Numbered from the stretch's first letter, positions 1 to 8,407 are shown. The stretch is DNA of 64,000 bases from an uncultured bacterium (GCA_902766105.1 CACXCI010000072.1:69-64068), one strand, 5' to 3'. A program made the numbers and translations. Notes: a model not told the origin generated them from the letters alone.

Positions 1-546
1 ACTTTATGGAAAATTGAAAGACCTCAGCCTTATAAGTCAGATTTTAAATGGCGATATGCACAAAAATCGGATGCAAAAGGGATTGCCAGATTATATAATT
101 CTGAGCTTTTGAATATATTTAAACAATCTTTATCAAGGACACCTCAAGAGTTTCAAGATTCACTATTTTTCGGCTTCAATGACTACTATAAATCCAGATA
201 TGTTATTGAAGAATCAGGTGAAATCTCCGGATATTTTTCAATAACAACATCTGATAACCTTAATTACATTATTGATATAACGACAAATAGTGCTTACGAA
301 TACGATTACGAAACAATAATTAATGCTTTATTATGCGAAATTGCAGGCAAAAAAAGAGCTTTTTACCCAATCATAAAGCAAAAAAAATATATAAATAAAT
401 CGGAACAGCTTGGCGAGTATTTACAATCGAAAAATTATCAGCAAATTCAAACCCGTCATATCTTGGTAAAAGATTACTACAAACCAATAAAACAAGAATC
501 CCCCAATTGGAATGTATTTATTCTTGGTGAAGGGGTAAATGAATAG
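1..546 (+). CDS. Hypothetical protein, 5'-truncated by the window edge (possibly GNAT-like)
   Basis: Frame 1 is open from base 1 (TLWKIERPQPYKSDFKWRYAQKSDAKGIARLYNSELL...) into the tracked ORF 109..546, so the TTG at 109 is probably internal. Stop is TAG. The function guess rests only on a weak N-terminal resemblance. Confidence 0.5.
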   Translation, partial: TLWKIERPQPYKSDFKWRYAQKSDAKGIARLYNSELLNIFKQSLSRTPQEFQDSLFFGFNDYYKSRYVIEESGEISGYFSITTSDNLNYIIDITTNSAYEYDYETIINALLCEIAGKKRAFYPIIKQKKYINKSEQLGEYLQSKNYQQIQTRHILVKDYYKPIKQESPNWNVFILGEGVNE

Positions 547-639
547 GTGTAAATATTAAAATATTCTTTTAATTTTAAATCTTTTAAGTTTAATTTGTTA
601 TTTTATGATAAAATTTAATCGTAGAAGGGAAATGTTTTT

Positions 640-1662
640 ATGGATAATTTAAAAATATATCTTGATAAAGATATCAATCAAGATTTGGTTAAATCTAAAA
701 AAATAGCAATTATAGGTTTTGGTTCTCAAGGCTGGGGACAATCAATGAACTTGAAAGAGTCAGGCTGTGATGTTGTTTTAGGACTTCGTCCTAATGGAAA
801 ATCATACAAAAAAGCATCTCAATACGGTTTTAAAATTATGACAATAGAAGATGCCGTAAAATGGGCGGATATCGTTCAAATACTTATCCCTGATGAGTTG
901 CAGGCAAAAGTTTATAAAGATCAAATTGAACCTAATATGCACTCAGGACAATATTTGATGTTTTCTCACGGGTTTAATATTCATTATAAGAAAATTGTTC
1001 CGGCTGCTGATATCAATGTTATTATGGTTGCGCCAAAAGGACCGGGACATACCGTAAGAAGCCAGTATGAAGAAGGTAAAGGAGTTCCGTCATTAATTGC
1101 TGTGTATCAGGATATATCAGGAAATTCAAAAGATATTGCTTTATCTTATGCTTCTGCCATTGGTGCAGGACGTGCAGGAATTATAGAAACAACATTTAAA
1201 GAAGAAACCGAAACTGATTTGTTTGGAGAACAGGCTGTTATTTGCGGAGGTGTTTCCGCATTGATGAAAGCAGGGTTTGAGGTTTTGACAGAAGCCGGAT
1301 ATTCTCCGTATATGGCTTATTTTGAGGTTCTGCATGAGATGAAATTAATTATTGATTTAGTCAACCAAGGAGGCTTGGCAGATATGAGATATTCTATTTC
1401 AAACACTGCAGAATACGGCGATATGACAAGAGGTCCAAAAGTTATCGGGGAAGCTTCAAAAGATGCGATGCGTAAAATATTAAAAGATATTCAATCCGGA
1501 GCTTTCGCTGATGAATTTACAAATGAAATGTCCACAGGCTGCAACTTATTTAATAAATTAAGACAGGAAAATGCAAATCACTTGATTGAAAAAACAGGTC
1601 AGCAAATTCGCTCTTCTTTTGTTTGGGGGCAGGACAAAATTATAGACAGAGATAGAAATTAA
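640..1662 (+). CDS. ilvC: Ketol-acid reductoisomerase (class I)
   Basis: 340 aa. Has the Rossmann motif IAIIGFGSQGWGQSMNLKESG and is full-length KARI-like. GGGAAA-type RBS upstream. Confidence 0.95.
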   Translation: MDNLKIYLDKDINQDLVKSKKIAIIGFGSQGWGQSMNLKESGCDVVLGLRPNGKSYKKASQYGFKIMTIEDAVKWADIVQILIPDELQAKVYKDQIEPNMHSGQYLMFSHGFNIHYKKIVPAADINVIMVAPKGPGHTVRSQYEEGKGVPSLIAVYQDISGNSKDIALSYASAIGAGRAGIIETTFKEETETDLFGEQAVICGGVSALMKAGFEVLTEAGYSPYMAYFEVLHEMKLIIDLVNQGGLADMRYSISNTAEYGDMTRGPKVIGEASKDAMRKILKDIQSGAFADEFTNEMSTGCNLFNKLRQENANHLIEKTGQQIRSSFVWGQDKIIDRDRN

Positions 1663-1674
1663 AAGGAATATAAA

Positions 1675-2508
1675 ATGTTTAGTACCGAAGATATATACGA
1701 GGTTGTGATATTCTCAATAGGGGACACAAAAGCCGGAACTAAAATGGGTAAATTACAGCTCAAAAATACAGTTGATGATAGTGTTTTAAACTGTATTCTT
1801 TGGGAAGAAACCCTAAATCGTTTTGACAGTAAAATTTTCAGAACAGGAAATCTTGTAAGGATAGTATCTGCAAGTTTTAATGAAAAATTTAATAATTGTC
1901 TTGTCTCGGCTCTTGAACTGGTAAAAGAGGCAAAACTTGGTTTAGATGAAAAAGAAACTGAACAGTATTGGACTAAATTGCAATCTTATGTTGCAAAGAT
2001 TAAAGATGAAAAATTAAACAGCTTTGTTTCAAGTTTGTTTACCAAATATGAAAAAGAATTTAAGTATATGCCTGCCGCAAAATTGATGCATCACAATTAC
2101 CTTGGCGGGTTGTTGGTGCATACAGTTGAGTGTGTTGAGTTTGCTGAAACAAATTTAGCAAAATTTTCATATAAAACAAATGAAGATGAAATTTATGCAG
2201 CTTGTTTATTGCATGATTTTGGTAAAATTTTTGAATATACGATTGACGAAGAAACAGGTCTGATTGATTATGCTCAAGGATTTAGAGAAGAATGGATTTC
2301 TCACTCTCAGTACGGTTTTTGCATTTGCATGAATGCCGGTTTCAAAAAAGTTGCGAAAATGATTGCAGCACACCATGGACGAGCTGATTGGGGTGCAATA
2401 ATTGATCTTGAGCAAAAAGATCTTGAACCGGAATTATATATGATTCATTTGATAGATAATCTATCCGCTAAGTTTGGCAAGATTAGTACAAAAATGTTGG
2501 AAAAATAG
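1675..2508 (+). CDS. OB-fold plus HD-domain protein, YhaM-like 3'-5' exoribonuclease family
   Basis: N-terminal OB-like region followed by HD signatures (LLHDFGK, AAHHGR). AAAGGA RBS. Lies 13 nt after ilvC. Confidence 0.65.
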   Translation: MFSTEDIYEVVIFSIGDTKAGTKMGKLQLKNTVDDSVLNCILWEETLNRFDSKIFRTGNLVRIVSASFNEKFNNCLVSALELVKEAKLGLDEKETEQYWTKLQSYVAKIKDEKLNSFVSSLFTKYEKEFKYMPAAKLMHHNYLGGLLVHTVECVEFAETNLAKFSYKTNEDEIYAACLLHDFGKIFEYTIDEETGLIDYAQGFREEWISHSQYGFCICMNAGFKKVAKMIAAHHGRADWGAIIDLEQKDLEPELYMIHLIDNLSAKFGKISTKMLEK

Positions 2509-2694
2509 CCGGATTGCAGACGTAAATTAAATTTTCTAAAATATGTTAAAAATCAAGTCATATTTTATTATTGTAAACAAAATAAATAAAAATTTACGTT
2601 GTGAAACATTTTGAGTCATGGTGTATGGTTTTATGATATATTAAGAGGGTAAGGATATATTTATAGAATAGTTTAGTGATTAAGGAGATAATTA

Positions 2695-3354
2695 ATGTCT
2701 GAATATTTGAGCAAGGAAGAGATTAAGCAGTGGAGAAGCTCATTAGAAAAGATTACTTTAGAAGAATTTGCAGCCAGATTAGGGAAAAAAGTTGAACAAA
2801 AAAAAGAAACTAATGATTTGATAGATATAGTATTGCACGGCAGACCTGTTGTATCGGAAGAATCAAGTTGGTCAACCTCCAAAGTCGAAAGACTTAGTGC
2901 TATTGCAGACAGAGCATACGAAAAGGAAAAAGAATTATATGTATCTCCGTTTTCTGCACAAAATTTGAATATTGATAAAAAACAGGAAAAACCCGCTAAA
3001 AAAACACAACCAAAGAAAATGATTGAAGCTCCTGTTAAAACTGCTAAATCTACCTCTAAAAAATCTGAAAAAGTTTTATCAGCAGCAAAAGATATTATTT
3101 CAAACACAAAAACAGGCGATGCAGTAAGAGATGATGTTAGAATTGTCTTTAAGAAAGCTTTGACAGAAAGAGAACAAAAAGTCTTTGACTATTTCGCAGA
3201 ACATAAGAATAATATAGTTTATGCAAAAGATTTAGCAGAATTATTGAATCTGCCCAGAGATTATGTTTACAAATACATTAAAAATCTTAGAGCAAAGATT
3301 GAAGGAGATGCTCTAAAAAATGCGGATAAAGGCGGATTCGTTCTTACCGTATAA
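2695..3354 (+). CDS. Hypothetical Lys-rich protein with a C-terminal sigma70-region-4/LuxR-like HTH
   Basis: AAGGAGA RBS. C-terminus reads LTEREQKVFDYFAEHKNNIVYAKDLAELLNLPRDYVYKYIKNLRAKI. The middle is a low-complexity K/E/T-rich linker. Confidence 0.5.
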   Translation: MSEYLSKEEIKQWRSSLEKITLEEFAARLGKKVEQKKETNDLIDIVLHGRPVVSEESSWSTSKVERLSAIADRAYEKEKELYVSPFSAQNLNIDKKQEKPAKKTQPKKMIEAPVKTAKSTSKKSEKVLSAAKDIISNTKTGDAVRDDVRIVFKKALTEREQKVFDYFAEHKNNIVYAKDLAELLNLPRDYVYKYIKNLRAKIEGDALKNADKGGFVLTV

Positions 3355-3370
3355 TAGTTTTGTTAAGCAA

Positions 3371-3409
3371 AAAGAGAGGTACATCAGGCTGACGTACCCT
3401 CTTTTTTGT
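3371..3409. terminator. Bidirectional rho-independent terminator
   Basis: AAGAGAGGTAC...GTACCCTCTT stem with an A-run before and a T-run after. Sits between convergent genes. Confidence 0.6.
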
Positions 3410-3450
3410 TTTTAAAAGCTTTGATTCGCTACATCTATGCCTCTTAGCAT

Positions 3451-3837
3451 CTATCTGATTTCGCAATTTGCTCCGACAAATTCCAAAGCTTTTTTGTTTA
3501 AAATAGCTTCTCTGTCAGAAATATTTGTCATAACTGTAGTCGGAACAGAATCAATGATTGCCTTTGCCTCATTATAATCAATTCCGGTTATCTGCCTTAA
3601 TGTTGCCATAACAGTTGCTTTGTTATCCCCATAATTTAACAGAATAAGCTTTCTTTTTCCTGTTGATTTTTTTATTGCATATTTATCCTTGTTTAAACCT
3701 ATTCCTGTTTTTGCAATGTTTTCTATCTCAGATAAACTGATATTATCCAAATCAATTTTATACGTTCTTTTTATATAATCACTGGCAATAACTATAACCA
3801 TAACTGCAATCGCTGCAAACAAAAAAGATGTATCCAT
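3451..3837 (-). CDS. Membrane-anchored protein with a ribosomal L7/L12 C-terminal-domain-like module
   Basis: N-terminal TM segment (FLFAAIAVMVIVIA). The C-terminal 65 aa, LILLNYGDNKATVMATLRQITGIDYNEAKAIIDSVPTTVMTNISDREAILNKKALEFVGANCEI, align position by position with the L7/L12 CTD pattern (F-V-L..G.NK..V...VR..TGL.L.EAK.LV...P......S..EAE..KK.LE..GA.VE). AAGGAGA RBS. Confidence 0.65.
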   Translation of the reverse strand: MDTSFLFAAIAVMVIVIASDYIKRTYKIDLDNISLSEIENIAKTGIGLNKDKYAIKKSTGKRKLILLNYGDNKATVMATLRQITGIDYNEAKAIIDSVPTTVMTNISDREAILNKKALEFVGANCEIR

Positions 3838-3907
3838 TAGCTTTCTCCTTATGGTTGAATAATATCATAGAAAAATAATCCACGCAATAAAAAAGACAGC
3901 CAAGAAT

Positions 3908-3943
3908 TGAACTGAACCCTAAAAACTAGACAAAGTAAAAAAG
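3908..3943. repeat. IS3 terminal inverted repeat (orfB-distal end)
   Basis: TGAACTGAACCCTAAAAACTAGACAAAGTAAAAAAG, versus the reverse complement of 5269..5304, TGAACTGAAACCCTAAAACTAGACAAAGTAAAAAAG. Confidence 0.85.
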
Positions 3944-3949
3944 GGTGGT

Positions 3950-4853
3950 TCAAGAGACTAGTAATAAATGATTTCTGTATTGTACAGGAGTCATTTTATT
4001 TCTGCTCCATTGATACCTTTCATTGTTATAATGATACATATATTCATCTATTTTTTCAACAAGTTCTTCAAATGTTTTACAATTTTTGTAATCTAATTCA
4101 TCTTTAAAATGTCAAAAGAAACTTTCCATAGATGCGTTGTCTATGCAATTTCCTTTTCTTGACATTGACTGTATAACATTATTATCTTTTAATAATTTTC
4201 TGTATTCCGGATTTGTATAGTGAAATCCTTGGTCGGAATGAATTAGTACATTAGCCAGTTTTATTGTATTTCTAAGATTGTTTATTGTATCTAAAACAAT
4301 AGGCATTGTTAAATGTTTTGCTACTTTATACGCAACTATCTCACCTGTTGCAATATCCTTTACAGCACTTAAATATGCCTTTTTACATCTACCGTAGCAC
4401 AAATATGTAACATCCGTACAAAGTGTTTTTAATGGTTTTGTTTGCTTAAATTCTCTATTCAATATGTTTTCACAAGTAGAGAGTTCTTGTGTTTTCTTCA
4501 TTATTTCTTTGTATGGATTTTTCTTACGAACATGTGTTTTAATTCCATATTTATTCATTAATCGTCTAATCTTTTTGGTATTCAATTATTACTCCGTATT
4601 TATTTTCTAAATTCATTCTTATTGTTCTGTATCCGGCAAGTTTTTCCCGTTTGTTGAATATTGTTTCTATTAGTACCTTGTCTGGCAATTCTTTTTCTTG
4701 TCGTATAACTTTTGCTTTTTGCTAATAATAAAAACTGCTGCGATTAACTTTTAAACAACAACAAAGGTCAGTTATTGAATAATGGCTGGAAAGTAATTCA
4801 ATAAATTCAAATTTGCGAACTAAATCTTTTATTCCCAGCCACGGAGTTTTTTT
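3950..4853 (-). pseudogene. IS3-family transposase OrfB, disrupted
   Basis: Three lesions when read by hand. In-frame TAG at 4722..4724 (SFYY*QKAKV). A 1-nt frameshift near 4583 (GVII / NTKKIRRLMNKYGI). In-frame TGA at 4112..4114, exactly where ESFFG has its conserved Gly. The tail HFKDELDYKNCKTFEELVEKIDEYMYHYNNERYQWSRNKMTPVQYRN continues to 3950. Confidence 0.8.
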
Positions 4854-5242
4854 AAGAAATGTACCTGTTCTTTTAATATTTCATTTTCACGTTCTAATTT
4901 TGCTAATTTTTCTTCTGTTGTTAATATTTTTTTGCTTGAACGACCGGAGCTACATAATCCTCGATTTTCTTGCAAAAGACCATTCGGGCCGTAAATGTCA
5001 TGAATTTTTCTCCACCGCATTAAACATTTGTGAGGTTGTTCTTTCCCTAAAATATTTACATTTATACCTGCTTCAATAAATATTTGCATTGGAGTTTTGC
5101 CTGTCATATACTCTCCAACTGCAAATAATTTAAACTCTTTTGAGTATGTTGCAGATGAATTTGCTACTTTTTCAATTGCTGTAGATTTGAGTAATTCTTC
5201 TTTTTCTTGAACTGTATAAGGTTTTCTTTTCATGTTTACCAC
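4829..5242 (-). CDS. IS3-family transposase OrfA (HTH)
   Basis: 137 aa. AAGGTGG RBS. Ends ...LKKLRGWE just after the slippery A7. Confidence 0.8.
   Translation of the reverse strand: MVNMKRKPYTVQEKEELLKSTAIEKVANSSATYSKEFKLFAVGEYMTGKTPMQIFIEAGINVNILGKEQPHKCLMRWRKIHDIYGPNGLLQENRGLCSSGRSSKKILTTEEKLAKLERENEILKEQVHFLKKLRGWE
4847..4853 (-). promoter_or_regulatory. Putative -1 programmed frameshift site (A7) of the IS3 element
   Basis: The minus strand reads TTAAAAAAACTC. The -1 frame continues KKTPWLGIKDLVRKFEFIELLSSHY..., the start of OrfB. Confidence 0.6.
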
Positions 5243-5268
5243 CTTATATATTAAAACCCTAAAACCGA

Positions 5269-5304
5269 CTTTTTTACTTTGTCTAGTTTTAGGGTTTCAG
5301 TTCA
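5269..5304. repeat. IS3 terminal inverted repeat (orfA-proximal end)
   Basis: Reverse complement matches 3908..3943 apart from single-base indels in the A/C runs. Confidence 0.85.
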
Positions 5305-5337
5305 TTTTTAATCAGTCCTTTTAATTATTTCACAATC

Positions 5338-5511
5338 TTAAACTTTTCTTTTACGAGCAGCTTCAGATTTATGTTTTCTTTTAACGCTTGGTTTTTCGTA
5401 TCTTTCACGTTTTTTAACCTCAGAAAGAATACCGGCTTTTTGGATTTTCTTTTTGAAACGTCTCAAAGCGCTTTCAATACTTTCGTTTTCGCCAACTTTA
5501 ACTTCTGCCAT
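5338..5511 (-). CDS. rpsU: 30S ribosomal protein S21
   Basis: Hand translation gives [57 protein letters not shown] (57 aa, below the ORF-track cut-off). AAGGTGGTGA RBS. The tracked + strand ORF 5371..5559 is its antisense shadow. Confidence 0.9.
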   Translation of the reverse strand: MAEVKVGENESIESALRRFKKKIQKAGILSEVKKRERYEKPSVKRKHKSEAARKRKV

Positions 5512-5550
5512 TTATATTTTCACCACCTTAACAGCTTTATGTACAGACAG

Positions 5551-5579
5551 ATTATATAACAAAGGATATAATATTTCAA
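5551..5579 (-). promoter_or_regulatory. Sigma70-type promoter for rpsU
   Basis: Minus strand: TTGAAA, 17-nt spacer, TATAAT. Confidence 0.5.
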
Positions 5580-5617
5580 GTGGTGGGTAATTTTATCCGG
5601 CTGAAACCACTTATATC

Positions 5618-6466
5618 CTAGTAATTTACTACTAAAATTTCTTCTGTCTGATATATTTTATTCTTAGCTTGGTAATTGCTGTTGTTATAATTATAATCAA
5701 TTTTATGTACTTTATATTTATTTGCCCACATAAGTAAATTTGAATTAATCTTGCCTTTATGTTCAATTACATTTGACAGAGCAAATTTCGCACCCTGAGA
5801 GTCAATTTTGTCTAATATTTCAAATAATGATATGTCATCATTTACCCCCCAGCCTTCAAATCCTCTTTTCCCGTCATTATACGAACCACAAGTAATTAAA
5901 TATGGAGGATCGGCATAAATAAAATCTCCCTCTTTGAGTTTAGAATAATCAAAAATTTTAAAATTCTGACTTGTAAAAATGATATTTTGAATTTTGGAAT
6001 GAAATTTTATAAGATTTTCTCTTATTTTTTTATTAAAACTGCTTCTGTTTTTCCCAAATGGAGTGTTGAATTCGTGTTTTGAATTAAATCTCAACTGATG
6101 ATTAAAACTGAAACAAATTAACACATACAAATCAAGCGGATTTCTTGTTAAATTATAATCTTTTCTAAGGTTAAGATAACCCTCGGCATTTGTTTTAGAC
6201 AAATCATATTGTAAAATTTTTGACTCTATATATTTCAGCAAAGTATCAATTTCGGTATTTTGAAAAGTTTTATAAATATCAATTAAATAAGAGTTTATAT
6301 CATTACAAATAATATTATTAGCACAAATATTTATCCCTACATCAAGACCGCCTGCAAATAAATCAACGAAAACATTTATATCATCAGGAAAATATTTCAA
6401 AATTTGTGGTAATAGCTTATATTTACCCCCTATGTAGTTCATTGGCGATTTTAAATATTCACACAT
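5618..6466 (-). CDS. Dam-family (D12 class, alpha) N6-adenine DNA methyltransferase
   Basis: NYIGGKYKLLPQI, FAGG SAM motif, NTPFG, then DPPY (IYADPPYL). C-terminal ...EILVVNY resembles DpnM/Dam-type enzymes. Confidence 0.85.
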   Translation of the reverse strand: MCEYLKSPMNYIGGKYKLLPQILKYFPDDINVFVDLFAGGLDVGINICANNIICNDINSYLIDIYKTFQNTEIDTLLKYIESKILQYDLSKTNAEGYLNLRKDYNLTRNPLDLYVLICFSFNHQLRFNSKHEFNTPFGKNRSSFNKKIRENLIKFHSKIQNIIFTSQNFKIFDYSKLKEGDFIYADPPYLITCGSYNDGKRGFEGWGVNDDISLFEILDKIDSQGAKFALSNVIEHKGKINSNLLMWANKYKVHKIDYNYNNSNYQAKNKIYQTEEILVVNY

Positions 6467-6469
6467 TTA

Positions 6470-7498
6470 TTATTTTTTCCTTATAAAATATAATTGCTCT
6501 TTTAAACCATCATCACAATTGGGAATTTTGCTTTTGTATCTTCTGTAATCAAATTCATAAAGCTTAAAGGTTGATTTAATTCCGGAATCTTTTACTATCT
6601 CAGTTAATTCTTTTGTCGTAAGAAGTCCTTCATTATTATAACTGACAATAACATATTTTGAATCAAGCTTGTTCAGCAATTCGGAAAAAGTATTCGCAAC
6701 TTTCGATTTTTGGCAATACAAGGATTTTTGCTCTTGATAATCTCTTAATCCTGTAACCCCTTTAATTTCAGGATTGTCATATCTTGCAATAGTTTCTAAT
6801 ATATGATAATTTGGCAAATACTGACGAGAATTATACGGAGGATCAATATAAGTTAAATCTGTATAAATTTTACCTGCCAAATCATTTGCATCCATATTGT
6901 ATCCGAAATTTATTTTTGAACTTTTTATAATTTGCGGTTTTTCCAAAGTTAAATCATTATAAGTTCTTTTATCCCAATGTTTCAAATAAGCGCCATAAAC
7001 ACCTGCAATATTCGAAACATAAGGAACAGCATTTATCAAGCTTGCCAATAAATAAAAATATTCATCATCATTTATTTTTTGTTCATTTTTCCACTGTTCT
7101 ATTGTTTTTCTGATAATATCAATTTTTATTGCATTTTTATTTTGAATATACATGCGCTTGCAATTTTTATTCGGACTGTAATTTTGATAAATAAAACAAT
7201 CATCTAAATTAAAATCAGGATTTTTAATGTCAAGTCTGTTCAAATAAGCTATAGGGTCTGCAATATTCAAATATTCAAATTTTGGAACATCGTTCAAGCA
7301 AACGGTTCCCCTACTTATTGAGTACGAAAAATACAACAAATCATTAGTTATAATTTGATATCCTTCTTGCTTAAAAGCTTCTGCAACAACTCCGCTGCCG
7401 GAAAAAATATCCAAAACCGAGTCTGCAATAACAGAGTTATCCGAAATTACATCAAAAATCTTTCCAAGAATTAAAGATTTTCCGCCAATATACCTCAT
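6470..7498 (-). CDS. Second D12-class N6-adenine DNA methyltransferase, a different subfamily
   Basis: MRYIGGKS..., FSGSG SAM motif, IDPPYNSRQY, VSYNNEG. GAAGGGG RBS. Stop lies 4 nt before the next methyltransferase. Confidence 0.8.
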   Translation of the reverse strand: MRYIGGKSLILGKIFDVISDNSVIADSVLDIFSGSGVVAEAFKQEGYQIITNDLLYFSYSISRGTVCLNDVPKFEYLNIADPIAYLNRLDIKNPDFNLDDCFIYQNYSPNKNCKRMYIQNKNAIKIDIIRKTIEQWKNEQKINDDEYFYLLASLINAVPYVSNIAGVYGAYLKHWDKRTYNDLTLEKPQIIKSSKINFGYNMDANDLAGKIYTDLTYIDPPYNSRQYLPNYHILETIARYDNPEIKGVTGLRDYQEQKSLYCQKSKVANTFSELLNKLDSKYVIVSYNNEGLLTTKELTEIVKDSGIKSTFKLYEFDYRRYKSKIPNCDDGLKEQLYFIRKK

Positions 7499-7535
7499 AG
7501 CACCCCTTCAACAAAAATTTATAAATATATTTCCT

Positions 7536-7784
7536 CTAACCTTTAAAGTAATCACAAATTAATTTTTCACGTTTTGGCAGCAAATGTTTTATTCTATTTA
7601 CTATAGATTTGTTTTGCAAATCATCAAGTTGTTTTTTCAAAACAGCCTTTTCTATGAGCATTTTATTATACAAGTCAGAACATATCTCGCTTTTATCAAT
7701 ATGTTCTTTTAATTTCGACAGCTGCAATTCTTTTTCTCTTATAGAAATAGTTAGTTTGTCTTTCACGTTAAATAAACCTCTCAT
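7536..7784 (-). CDS. Small coiled-coil protein, possibly a truncated HTH regulator
   Basis: 82 aa. Ends ...LPKREKLICDYFKG*, which resembles the start of the HTH in the 2695..3354 protein. The ATG lies 6 nt after a -10 box, so the transcript may be leaderless. Confidence 0.4.
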   Translation of the reverse strand: MRGLFNVKDKLTISIREKELQLSKLKEHIDKSEICSDLYNKMLIEKAVLKKQLDDLQNKSIVNRIKHLLPKREKLICDYFKG

Positions 7785-7789
7785 ATATC

Positions 7790-7817
7790 ATATTAAAAGA
7801 ATATACTGTCTTGTCAA
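7790..7817 (-). promoter_or_regulatory. Sigma70-type promoter of the small-ORF/methyltransferase operon
   Basis: Minus strand: TTGACA, 16-nt spacer, TAATAT. Confidence 0.45.
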
Positions 7818-7848
7818 ATTTAAAATCAACTTTTTAGGTGATTTTAAA

Positions 7849-8397
7849 CTAAACTTTCAATAAATCATACTCATAGCCTAGATTCAAGGCTTCGATATTT
7901 TTGGGAATTAAGTTTTTTCTGTGTGGCGGAATAACGTTGTGTAAAGCTTTTTCAAGTGTTTGTAATGAAATTAGTTTGCTGGCTTTTGATAAAATTCCTA
8001 GTGCAAGTATATTAGACATTTTAATATTCCCAAGTTTTTCCTGAGCCAATTTTGTAATAGGAACAAAAATATAATTTATGTCTTCTCTGGTCTTTTTAAT
8101 AGCCGCAAGAGAAGAATTAACTATAATTGAGCCGCCTTTCCTAACCCATGAGGTGTATTTATCAAAAGATGCCTGATTAAGAACAATTATAAAATCAGCA
8201 TGAGATTTTTGTACCGCACTAACCTCGGTATCAGACATTACTACCGTACAATTAACGGTTCCACCTCGCATTTCAGCGCCATAAGAAGGATACCAGGTAA
8301 CTTTTTTATTATCAAGCATAAAGCCGTTAGCTAAAACCTCTCCTGCCAAAAGAACACCCTGGCCTCCAAAACCTGCAATTATAAAGTCTTTTTCCAT
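7849..8397 (-). CDS. 2-oxoacid:ferredoxin oxidoreductase, gamma subunit
   Basis: MEKDFIIAGFGGQGVLLAG... Start moved to the ATG with an AAGGTG RBS, because the tracked 8448 start overlaps the beta subunit. Confidence 0.85.
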   Translation of the reverse strand: MEKDFIIAGFGGQGVLLAGEVLANGFMLDNKKVTWYPSYGAEMRGGTVNCTVVMSDTEVSAVQKSHADFIIVLNQASFDKYTSWVRKGGSIIVNSSLAAIKKTREDINYIFVPITKLAQEKLGNIKMSNILALGILSKASKLISLQTLEKALHNVIPPHRKNLIPKNIEALNLGYEYDLLKV

Positions 8398-8407
8398 TTC
8401 TACACCT

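Larger units (their letters stand above)
3908..5304 (-). mobile_element. IS3-family insertion sequence with decayed transposase
   Basis: About 36-bp terminal inverted repeats beginning TGAAC. orfA (HTH) followed by an A7 slippery run, then a -1-frame orfB with an rve/DDE core (HSDQGFHYT...NCIDNASMESFF). A 12-bp perfect hairpin (5254..5265 / 5286..5297) lies just upstream of the orfA RBS. No clear target-site duplication seen. Confidence 0.85.

Noticed and set aside
4112-4114. Idea that TGA is a sense codon (code 4 or 25) in this organism, prompted by TGA at the conserved Gly of the IS3 transposase.
   Set aside because: All housekeeping genes are full-length under the standard code, with no in-frame TGA. 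The same orfB also has a TAG and a frameshift, so decay is the simpler explanation. The stop-codon bias is kept as a separate finding.
5371-5559. Tracked + strand ORF (62 aa).
   Set aside because: It is the antisense shadow of rpsU, which has a clear S21 sequence, an RBS and a promoter on the minus strand.
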